Shown: in pieces, positions 1 through 13,572 of the stretch
How the letters are laid out: the number at the start of each line of letters is the position of its first letter
How positions within the stretch are numbered: the first letter of the stretch is position 1
Assembly (NCBI GenBank): GCA_907165135.1
Contig: OU015567.1
Location: 2,666,001-2,730,000, forward strand
Origin: Oikopleura dioica
Taxonomy: Eukaryota; Animalia; Chordata
Length of the DNA: 64,000 nt
Direction of reading: 5' to 3'
The notes under the pieces: model-generated
The model's input: the letters and a program-made list of their open reading frames with translations, nothing else
Database searches by the model: none
Told to the model about the DNA's origin: nothing
Program-made: the position numbers and the translations under genes

Positions 1-701
1 GTTTGGAAAATAAATTTTACAAAACTGAAGCGATGCTGATTTTCCGGGAACTTTTTAAGGGTTGAAAACGCTTCATTGATATCAAACCTAAATTTTTCTT
101 TCAAAACAACCCCTGAAATCTGGCATTAGAATAAAGCAACGCAGATATTGTCGGATGCTTTGGCGCATCACAGCTTCCTCGCTATACAAGGGATTTTATT
201 TCTTTTTCGGATGAAAAATTACTCCGAGAGATCCCTTTCTTTTGGTCATAAATAGAATTGACGGACCCTTGCCGTGATCTTTGAACGGACCAAATTATCT
301 CTGGGAGTAAAATTTGCATTTCGAAAAGTCTTTTCGAAGAAGAAAAATCTTTTGAAAACAGTCTTTTTATACAACATGTCTTTTTCTATTTTTCATAATG
401 TCATTTCGAATTAGAAAAATCCTCCGTGATTACTTAATTGCCCCATTTTCGAGAAAACAAACGCAAAAGCCACTTATCGAAAAATCCTCTTTTCTAAAAG
501 CCGCCTCAGCGCTTAGCCGAACGCAGCAGAAAACCTTAAATTCGTCACACTGAAATTTCCTAATGTATCGCACTAATGAAAACAACGCGCCACGGAAACT
601 AAATTGTGCCACCACCCGGTGCAAAAACATCATTTTTCTCAACCCCACCTAGTCAACAAATAAAATAGGGTTTTAAAAAAGAAGGAAAAAAAGATAGAGC
701 A

Positions 702-3700
702 ATGCAAATTTTATGGGCTGTTATAACGCTGATAAATGCTATAGGAAAGGGATGAATAAATCTATTTACTGCTAGAATTGACAGTTAAATTCTCTATATT
801 TTATCCCTTTTCAGAAGTAGAAATCGACGATACAGGGCAAAAAAAGATCGACAAGAAAGTCGAAAAAATCGTTGAAAAAATCAACGAAGAGCAAAATTAC
901 AATTTTCAAAGTTTTGTTAATGAAACATATGAAAATGCCCCATCAGATGAAGAACTCAGAACACTAGAAGGACTAGAAGAATTGGAAGAGAAATTTAAAT
1001 CGTGGAAAAAGGAGAGAAATGCGGAAGCGAGAAAAGACAGAGATGTGGGAAATTTTATCGAGAAGGAAAAGCAAAGATTTGATGAAGATGATGATGAAGG
1101 TAAGGACCATGAAGTACGGCTTTGTCAATTTTTTCTACTTCAGTTTTTAGAACAGTCGAATTCATTCACAAATGTGAATAAATGTCATAATTATGACTAA
1201 GTCTGGGGATCACTACAGATATTTCGAAAACTTTTAAGTGTATTTCAAATACTACTGAAAAAATAGAATCCGGTTCAACCTTTAGGTCTCAGATTTATGG
1301 TTTTTATAGATAAATTATCTAAGATAATATTCGTTTTTTAAGGTCTATGTTATACGGTATAACTTATACCGTAAAAAAAGTGCTCTTATCTAAAATTTAT
1401 CGTTTTCAAGAAGCTTAACGCCGGAACGCATATCGACCCATTTTTGGGCAAGGCGCTGAAATATGCCTTCAGAAATCATCATTTTCTCGTGCTAAAACAA
1501 CAGATGAGAGATATCGTATGTATCTATTTTTGAAGTTTATTGTCTGAAGATCATACTTATGAAAAAATTTGGGCTGATATAAGCAAGAAAACGGGTCTAC
1601 GGCCTCTTACCCAAAAATTGATCAATATCATATCGACGATATGCGTTCCGGGAAAAAACTATTTCATGCGTTCCATCGTTAATAAGAAATTATTTTCAAT
1701 GAATTCAACCCATTTTTAAGACCTCGGCTGCACAGTCCTCCCACCAAATTGCAACGACCGTAAATTTCGCTTCCGCGGATGCACAAATGAAGACCCATAC
1801 AAATGGAAAAATGGAGATAAGTGTCGATTTATTTCGTCTCAGGATGAAAGGTGGCGTTGGCGATCAGTACAGTGCAAGTGCAGGCGAACACGTGACGAGC
1901 GAAATTGCGGATTAGAGACGGCTTATAAATATGTGCCAAAAGAATCGCTAATTTTCAGGAACAATTTTGTCAACTCTATTTGTCTCTCTCTTGAGAATTC
2001 GGGATTTCTGACTCTCTGTTGTTGAAAATTGAACGAGAGGAAATAACCGAACCCGCCAACATGGTCATCTTCCGGGCGATTGGGAGCCCTACCGAAAAGA
2101 AAACGGCCGACTTGATTGGGTCCCGATGAAAATTCCAAATTGCGGCAGCATCGGTCGCGCGGTTTCTCAATGCCCCGGTGATTTGGACAAAAACCAACCG
2201 TTTTACATCGATCGAGACATTTCTGAGAACATCAAGTTTGGCGACATTGCGAGGATAAAGTGCCCCAATCGGATTTTGAATGAAGACGGAAGTGAGGAAC
2301 CGAGAGTCTGGAAGATAAAATGTGGAATTGGGGCTTGGACGTTTTTGAAAAATGGATCGTCTATTGATCAACCCGGCCTGGGAGAGTTCTGCAAGACGGA
2401 ATGGGGCGCCTGGGGCGAGTGGAGCCAATGCAGCTCGAGTTGTGATGGAGGAGTCGGTAAGATAAAGACTTGCTTTAGAACCCTAAGATTTCATTCTTTT
2501 CTAGCGCATCGAAAAAGAAGCTGTTTTTACAAAGGAGAATGCGCGATAACAAAACGAGATGCCGCGCTCTGTAACGAAACTACACGCGAAATTCTTCATC
2601 CTCTTTCTTCTCAAATGTGTGAAGGTGGCGAAGAAGCATCCACTGATTCTACTCTTTGTGCTGTTGGAGTAAAATGTAAGGAGCAAGGTTATTCTTTCGA
2701 TAATTATTTTGAAAGGCGTTCAATGGGCGATTTGGACCGAGTGGACAGCACCAAGTGATCGTTGTGAATCAAGAAGATTTCGCGAGTGTCAAAACTGCTT
2801 GGCAAATGGAACTTGTCTCGAAATACCCAAAAATGAACAAACTTGTGAAGGACCGAAGAAAGAAATTGAGTATCATACGAATAGAGTTGGATGCAGTAAG
2901 AGAACTTGAGGGTTGATTTAGGGTTGACGGCTTTTAGAGTATATTTTGTCGATTCAAGAAGATAAGCCGATTGAAATCTTTGACACACGAAGAGGGAAGA
3001 TTTCAGCACTTGATGCAAATCTGAAGGTAACGATGTTAAAACCCTAACTTGGCTTATGATATGATTAAAGCAGATTATTTGTTTTCAATATGTTCGAGAA
3101 CTAACAATAATTTTTAACTGCCGTGACACATAAAAATCAGTTTTTTCAATCAACTGAACGAAATTAAGGGCGTTCCAAAATCGTCCCCTTTTATCAACAT
3201 TGACTGTTATGTCAAACTGAAAGGGTCCATCTACGTCCTTGCCCAGCACGAAAGCGACTCACATCGAGCCTTTTTCAAGAGGTACCTGAAGTATTTTTAT
3301 CTCAAAAACGTTCTCATCTATGATTAAAGTAATAACGAGACTGAAAGCTGGGAACGAATCGGTGGAATTCCTGAAGATACAACTGAAGCTGGCTGCGTCG
3401 CGAGCCCGAGAAAGATTTGGAGATGCGGAGGATTTCTGAATAAGGAGGAGAATATTCGATCAGACAAATGTTTCAGGTAAAATAAAATAAACACCATAAA
3501 ATTTCACATTTTTTCGTTTTTATTACATATATATTTATACTGTGGGTTTGATGATATACAAGTAGAAGAATAGGTATAGACTACGTAGACGTGGATTCTC
3601 GACTATATGATCCGATGATAGTTAACTATTACTGTTAAACCACTATAAATAAAGTTATGTTTAAAAGGTATTTGTCTTTAGTTGGAACGGAACCGACTGG

Positions 3701-4371
3701 GTCGAGGAAGCTTCAATGAACGCCCCTCGCGCGGGCCATTCCATCTTAGCTACATCACGCACACTCTACGTCTTCGGCGGCAATGACCAAAGTACCTCTC
3801 TTGAAATCTTCTCTTCAACAAGCAAATCTTGGAAAATGTTCCCGTGGAATATTCCTCACTCCGGTAAGGCACTTCGAAAAGGAATCAGCTGCTTATCTTT
3901 TCAGATTTTGAGCCCGGGAGCCCGATTTGGAACCCAAGAAAAGATTTTGCCTGGTTCGTCGGAACAAAGGATCAAAAGTCTGATAAAATTTGGAGATTTG
4001 ATCCGAGCAATAACGAAATGAAGCTATTTGGGCATCTTTCTGAAGCAAGGTGCTTTTTAAATATTCTACTGAAGCCTAAGTTGTTTTTTTAAGGATCCAA
4101 CCATCTGTAATTTTGTCAATGAGAGAGCTTGATAGAAACGCATCCGGCCGCGGAAAACCTCAATTGATGGTTGATGGAGGAATCAGAGCTCATAAAAAGG
4201 TAATAAAAACATTTTAAAACAACCGAAATGGCAAATTTTTAGACTGAAATCTTCCGCGAACTCTGCGACATCTGGAATTGGAAAGAAGAAAATCACGATT
4301 CGAACATTTGCGAGTCAATTGATCGCCTTGGCGAAGTAAAATCATCAACAGTCGTTCTTCCCTGGCCCTGA
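702..4371 (+). CDS. Secreted multi-exon protein: signal peptide, charged region, Cys-rich segment, two TSP1-like repeats, C-terminal Kelch repeats
   Basis: MQILWAVITLINAI leader at 702; exon 815-1099; TSP1 motifs EWGAWGEWSQCSSSCDGG and WAIWTEWTAPSDRC; phase-compatible intron 2896-2937 continues into Kelch-type exons (IWRCGGF, MNAPRAGHSILATSRTLYVFGG); stop 4369-4371. Junction near 1930-2040 not resolved. Confidence 0.7.
1421..1651. mobile_element. MITE-like element, intronic
   Basis: Perfect 15-bp TIR CCGGAACGCATATCG at 1421-1435 and its reverse complement at 1637-1651, with further imperfect internal symmetry; no ORF. Confidence 0.6.
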
Positions 4372-4402
4372 TTAATGAGCTGGCAGATAATTCATAAAAA
4401 GC

Positions 4403-4560
4403 GCAAAATGACCAAATGCAATTTTTACCGATTGAGCTTTGTCTTTCGGCCTAAGAGGCAAAGCTCGACGCTAGAAAAATGGTCAAAAATGGCCTTTTTC
4501 TGGTGAGGAATGCGCTAGGGTGAGAACGCTTCCTGAGGTGAAAATTTTGGACCATTTTGC
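4403..4560. repeat. Short inverted-repeat element with internal hairpins between convergent genes
   Basis: GCAAAATGACCAAA ... TTTGGACCATTTTGC imperfect termini; 13-bp stem-loop at 4434-4466. Confidence 0.35.
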
Positions 4561-4735
4561 ATTGACACTGTTGCTTCTTTTTTGTAAATAAGAACGTTTT
4601 ATACTGTCATGAATAAATGTCGACGACTTAGATTTTTGACTGATTTATTATTTGTGTATTCGCCTGTTTCATGCTATCAGTCGCGCGAAAGAAAATCATC
4701 GAATTTCGAGGTTCAACATGAAGCGCCTTTTTCGT

Positions 4736-7341
<2,606 letters not shown>

Positions 7342-8379
7342 TATCTTCTGACTCTCTCTCTCTCTTTTGTTGTTTCCCGTCCCTGAGTAAATCGACCACA
7401 AGCTGATGCTAAAAAAGATGCAACATTAAATTTTCATCCCTTTCTTTTTATTCAGCTAAAAAGGATATGTCACGTAAGTGCTTTTATGATTCGCATTGAT
7501 GGGTATATATTTTTGATGAGCTCTAACTTCGCCCTTCTGCGGAAAATAACAATTTGAAGGGTCGAATAAAGACTGTTAGGGGTCAATTTTGCTGTCTATA
7601 TATCTTCTTGTTTTCCTCTCTAGTCAGCTACAGTCTCAATTTTAGCGCGAGAAAGGAAATGCGCGTGCTTATCAAGAGCGCTCAGTAATGTGCGAAGATA
7701 TCAAACGCTCCATTGTGGTGATAATTTGCCCAGCAGGGGCTGTCACTCGGCGACATTAGGCTCCTGTATATCATCGCTTAACTCACTTTACTGTATTTAT
7801 AAACTCATAAGTTGAATGCGAAATTCAATGAAAAGAAGTCTGAAAGCTGGAAAAGTCCCGTCAAAATAAATAATCGGAGACGACTTCATCTCATAGGTGT
7901 GCCGCCATCTTTGCTCCCGAACCCTGCCTCCGAAATCAACGAGGACTCATCTGATCCCTCCTTTTTAAAAATGCCATAAGACTGAATTTCCTTGAACCTG
8001 CCCCGTGTATTTTGATCTTAGTGATTCACTAATAGTGAAGGTCAAATAAAAGACGACTCAAAGACAAAAATAAAACCAGTTCCAACTGGTTAAAAAATAA
8101 ACTAAGATCGATTCTCCGAAAATAATCTGCCTTCGTAATCTTGGCTTATTCTTTGGGGTCGCCTGTTTCATAGCAACGGTGGGCGTGCGAGGTAAAATTT
8201 TCTCCAAATGGAGATTTGAGCGTACCTTTTTAGTTTGATATCCGTGGAAGTTAAATAAAAACGGGTCCATTCTCGTACAGCCTGTCCTCGTGATACCGTA
8301 AAACTTGAAAACAAACTCGACCCGATGGACTCGTCTGTTTTCCTCCATTATGACCGTTTTTGAGCTAATAAGTGCTCTA

Positions 8380-9320
8380 CCGCCACAGCCGGATTAGAGT
8401 ATTAAAATGAATGACAATGATTTTTTGCTTTATTCACAAGTCTGAAAATGCTCAAAACTATTCGACCTCGATTTTTCCAGCGATTTTTCAAAGTCAATCA
8501 ATTTTCCCCTGATTTGGCGAGTGTTTCGTTTTCTATTGACGGACAGCAGAAATCAAACGATTTTTCGACAATCTGGCTGAGTTAAGGGCTTTTTTTCTTG
8601 CCTCAAGGGCGTATTTTTTTATGTCGATGAGGAACATGTCCTAAATAGACATGTCAGATGTCTATTTTTTGCCTTATGAAATTTTTAGACAATAGAAGGC
8701 CAAATGACCCTGTTTTCCTTTATAGACTTTTTCCCTGTAAGTAGGTCAGTTATTGCTTCTAGCACCGCCACTCCCAGTTAAAAACTGAACAATTCTTGAG
8801 TCGAAGCTTTCATTCGAAAATACGCTGACCATGCTTAAAACTTTGAAACCTCAATTTTTTCGACGATTTTTTAAAGTCGATAATTTCACGGCAACATCAG
8901 CGAGGGTTTTTCTTGGAATAAACGGAAAGCTAAGAGAGGCTGATTTCTCCGCAATTTGGCTGAGGTACGTCTTGAGACCAAGAGAGGTTACATAGTTTCG
9001 TCAGAAGAAACCAGTTGAACCAACCCACTCTCGCCTTTGCCAAAGGCATTGATTATAATCCCGGTTTATTCTAGAAGATATACCTAAGTAGTCAATGCCT
9101 TAGGCAAAGTTCTGATTCCGCCACTTCCAGCTTAGTTGTCTTCTGAAAGCTCTGACTCGTAAATATCTTTATTCAGAGAATGCTGAAAACTTTAAGTCCC
9201 CGATTTTTTTCGACGATTTTTTAAAGTCGATTGTTTTACAACGGAACCTGCAAAAGTCCATCTTAGAATAGATGGAAAGCAAAGAGAGGCTGATTTCTCA
9301 GCAATTTGGCTAAGGTTTAT
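8380..9320 (+). repeat. Three diverged direct copies of a ~200-bp repeat
   Basis: Units at about 8380-8590, 8765-8970 and 9118-9320 share CCGCCAC...ATGCT.AAAACT...GATTTTT.AAAGTC...AAT.TGGCT.AG. Confidence 0.6.
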
Positions 9321-9370
9321 TAAAGCAGCAATCTTTAAAAAAAGAGCAAAGAGCGTTATGACTTTTTAAG

Positions 9371-10705
9371 ATTCAATTGCCACTGCCCTGATTGCCGACA
9401 ACAAGGATCGGGTCAAAAGACAATCTCTCCTCTTTCCTGGCCAAGCGAACTCAAGCTGGAGCATGCTGTTTTCGAGGATGACGTCCTGAAATTTACCCTT
9501 GAGGGTGAAGACCATGTGGGTGTGATTCCAGGAGACGTTCTTCGAAAATTTGTCAGGCAAAGTTTCAAATCTTATTTCACTTTTAACTTTTCTCTCTAAA
9601 ATAAAGAGGCACTGTCAATACTATTGAAAAGTGTTGAAATTTCGGTAAAAGCGATGAAGATGCGCGAAATAGCGCACAGACGAAAATGAGTTTCTCTCCT
9701 GTTGTCAATCCGGTGGTCGATTTTTCCGAATACCAAGATGAAGCTGGCCAATACGCACTTACAAAAAACGTCATGGACAACGGCTACTGCGTCATCAAAA
9801 ACTGCGACAACTTCAAAGACAGTGTCTTCGAAATCGCCAGCAAAATCGCAGTTCCTCAGTCGACAATGTACGGCTTCACGCAAGAAATCAAGACGGAACC
9901 GACTCCGAGGAATATCGCATTTTCGGGCATCTATCTCGGTCCGCACATGGACTTTCCTTACTACGAGTCGCCCCCGGGAATTTCTTTTATGCTTTGTCGA
10001 AGAAACGATGAGTCTGTTGAAGGTAAATAAAAAAAAGCGAAGGCTCAGAATAATCATTATTTTTAAAGGTGGTGAGTCGATTCTTATTGATGCATTCGAA
10101 GTTGCGGAAGAAATAAGAAGATGTTCCCCTGAAGATTTCAAAGTCCTCTGCGAAGTCCCAGTTCGATACCAGAAAATTCACTGGGATCGAGACGATCCGG
10201 TCTACATGGAATGGGAGCAGCCTCATATCGTCGTCGACAGTGAAGGAACAATCACAAGGTAGAAGTAATGCATTTTTCAGCTTGTAAATGACTGTTTTCA
10301 GAATCAACTGGGGACCAGCGTTTGAAGGAAAAAGCAAAAACGACTCTATGACAGCTGAGTATTTGAAGGCCTACAGATTGTTCTTGCAAAAAGTAAACGA
10401 GTCTCCGACAAAAACGGTTCGAAAACTTGAAGCAGGAGAATGCCTCGGTAAAATTGAAATAATTTCAAAAATAATATTCTGCTAGTTTTCAATAATCGAC
10501 GAATGTTGCATGGACGAAACGAGTTTGAATTGAACGGAGGAACCCGTCTTCTTGAATGTAAGAATTTCTGTGGTCACATTTGCCTAAAATCTGCTTAGTG
10601 GCGTTTTTGAACATTTGCGAATTCCGTTCAAGAGCGCAAGTGCTCGAGATCACTCAAGGTGATGGAGAGTTGGTGAAGATGATCGGAAATCAAAATACGA
10701 TTTGA
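9371..10705 (+). CDS. Gamma-butyrobetaine dioxygenase-like Fe(II)/2-oxoglutarate enzyme (5' end not located)
   Basis: N-terminal FNCHCPDC zinc site; HMD...LHGR facial triad; GGESILIDAF and VFNNRRMLHGR motifs across exons 9371-9556, ~9640-10022, 10069-10258, 10302-10448, 10485-10558 and the last exon to 10705. Confidence 0.8.
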
Positions 10706-10867
10706 CAACTCCGAAGAAACGAAAATATCAAAACCTGAAATCTGCCTGAAATCAATTTTGACCCCTTTTACTGACCAATAAAAAAGAGCAAAAAAGTCGT
10801 CGTATTGCGCGTTTATTCGATAGATACGGTATTTCATAATTATTAACACAACTGTCACTTCGGCATC

Positions 10868-12264
10868 CTAATTGTTGTAGACATCATTGACCATTGGCCG
10901 GAATGAGCTATAATTTCCACTTTTGAAATCAACAAGGAGTCTCGTTTTACCTGAAAAGAGAGGCTAGTCCGTCGCCACACTGATTCGTGCATTCGCAAGT
11001 GATGATTTTGTCCATTTTCTTGGTGAATTTATTCTTCTTGCCGTTTTCGTCGCAACTTTTAAAAAGTTTAATCGAATATAAAAAAAACTTTTCTCACGTG
11101 AAATCAACATCGATCGTTTCAGTCTTGCTGGGCTTGCAGCAATAGTCATTTTTGCAGCTTCCGCAATATCGTGGTCTGTATTTTTGATCAGATCGGCAGC
11201 CAGAGAACTCGAATTGAATGGGCTCCGTCACGCGGACTTTTTCGAGACACATTTTGTTGCGAAGTCTGGGCTTGGTTTTGAAGAGGTTCTCGATTTCAAG
11301 ACTGTGCGACGCATCACAAGGGCGCACTTGGCACAGTTTAGTTTCCTTTTTCATATCACATTCCTTAAAAATATTTTTATCAAACAGAAAAAGAGCAGAT
11401 GTCGACCTCATTATTGTTGGTAACTCGCTCCCGAACACCCCAGCCGCATTCTCTCGAGCACTCGGACCACTCAGTCGTTTGGACCATGCATTTTGTCTCG
11501 CTGTTGTAAGAGATCTTTGGCACTTTTCTGTGCGCCGCGCCAAAAACGCTCTTTTCTGAAAACTTTTTTTAATCTTATTTTTTCAAACATAATCTTACGA
11601 ATTTTGAGAGGTCGAAGCTGAGGTCGATCAGCAGATCCGCAAGTCCATTCTCCACAGCAGGCAGTTGGATCGTTTGATTCTTCGTATCGAGGGTTCAAAC
11701 ACTGAATTTAATAAATAAGTGTGTCTCGAGGGTATGTCTGACATTTGCTGGAGGTTTTTGCGCGCAAGTCGGGTAGCAGCCGATGTCACCATCGACGCAG
11801 ACGCAGGTCAGCTGGCAGGACTTTGGATTTGGGAAAAATTCATCGCCTAAGTTTCATCGTAGCGGGGGGAAGTAGAAGATTGCGTTTACCTGAGCTTTTG
11901 ATGATTCCAGAAATGAAACATTTTTTGAGCTTTGGATCTGACGCGCATTTGAACTCGTTTCCTTGTTTCTAGAGAAATCAAATTTATGGGCTCTTTTCCA
12001 ACCGTCAAATTTTGCACTTACCAAACAAGCCAGGCCCTTAGTATGATCACATGGATTCATCATATCGCATTTTTCTCCTTGTTGTTTTGCACATTTCTGG
12101 CAGCAGTCGCACTCGTCCCATAAATGGGCAACTCCCGGTTTGCACTGAACATCTTCCCCTCTCAAGTTACCCGCCCAAGAGAGCGCATTTTTTCCACAAA
12201 AATCTTGGTTGCATTGATGCTTGGCTGGACAATGAGAGCTTCTTCGGGACGCATATGCCGCCTG
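10868..12264 (-). CDS. CCN family matricellular protein (IGFBP-VWC-TSP1-CT); signal exon not located
   Basis: IGFBP DECDCCQKCAKQ...PCDHTKGLAC; VWC CQLTCVCVDGDIGC...CCGEWTC; TSP1 CMVQTTEWSECSRECGWG; cystine knot YRPRYCGSC..CCKP; stop 10868-10870. Confidence 0.9.
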
Positions 12265-12704
12265 AAATGACCTTGAACTGTGGAATGGATTATAATGAGC
12301 CCTTTCCCCTGGCCTCTGTCAAATTTATAATCGAATGATTAATCCCCTTCGAGTTTGTTTGTCCAACTCACTGTCAAATTGTCGATCTGAGGGGTGATGG
12401 ATTGATCTTCTGATAAATCAGATGCTCTTTCTTCAGACTCTTACGATGTCGAAAATGGTAATTACGAAGGTTAACGACCCCCGGTTACTCGTTATTACCA
12501 TCCGTCAAGCAGTTGTAAATTATTCATAGATCAATGAAAAAATGAACATGAATTGAATTTCAGAAAAGCGTGTAAAGGGGGTGATGAAGGAAAAATAAAC
12601 ACCACCTAAAGGTAGAAATCTATTTTAACAAAGTGTTAATTTTTGCACGAAAAAACGTGCGGGCGGAAATCCAGAACGTGCGGTCTAGCACTTTCAAAAT
12701 CTGG

Positions 12705-12729
12705 CAGAGAGTCGATGATCGACTCTCTG
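12705..12729. repeat. Perfect 25-bp palindrome
   Basis: CAGAGAGTCGAT-G-ATCGACTCTCTG. Confidence 0.8.
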
Positions 12730-13572
12730 ATCATCAATCAACAAGTTTCAAGTGGATTGAGTTCGCAAATTCTTTTTGGAACTTTTCCTGAAAGTTCATT
12801 ACTTCATTTTCTCTTTTAAGAAAGGGATTTTTTTAAATAATATATACCGATTCGACAAAAATTATCGAAGTTCAGATTTGTCTTAAAAACTATGACTTTA
12901 TGGTTCCTGTTTCAAATTTTTTTTTCATTCATATATAAAAGAGCATTATTTGTCGAATAACTTACCGATATTTGAAAGAAAACAGAAATCTTCATTGTTC
13001 TTTTCTTCCCCTCTTCGCTTAGATTTTTCTTGTAAGTCTCTAAGATGATGACCCCCTGCTCCTCTTGAACTTTTTTCTCGATTCAATAAAAAGAGGTGCG
13101 AAGTAGTTCTGAACACGAGCTGTCCAAATTTACTTTTTCCGAAGTGATGTTCAACTTCCTCGAGAAGATCAAGAGCGCCGCAACCTTTTATTAATTTCTT
13201 TTATTGAGCGAAAAAGTCAACACTAACGCGATTGACGTCAAATTTTGGAAGATCGGAGACAATGAGGAATACAATGAGGAGACGACATAAAGAAGGCTGG
13301 TCATACTGAAATTGTTCTTCTGAAGAAAAAATGAAAATACTGTATTTATGAAGAATAAAACCGTAAAATTCGGTTTTTCCAGAAAACGCTTCTTCAATTT
13401 GGAATTCGTCAGAATTGAATTCTGATAAGATCAGCGGCGAATAATCATGTCCGAAATGGCTGATAATTCACTGACTTTTCCCGCTCAACCGCTCGTGCGA
13501 ACCGAAGCGATCATCGACCGGAGATAAAACCGCAGAACCCAGGACAATTCTAAACAAGAGAAAAGTTGAGAA

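Noticed and set aside
4434-4466. 3'UTR stem-loop after a TGA stop as a possible SECIS element
   Set aside because: The arms pair Watson-Crick where the UGA/GA quartet should be, and there is no properly placed apical AA.
9596-10337. Long minus-strand and alternate-frame ORFs over the dioxygenase
   Set aside because: Shadow ORFs of a well-supported plus-strand gene. The same applies to overlapping ORFs on the AChE, esterase, EGF, zinc-finger and CHSY genes.
12950-13330. Possible minus-strand exons upstream of CCN
   Set aside because: Open stretches with some splice-like borders, but phases do not join and no family is recognisable.
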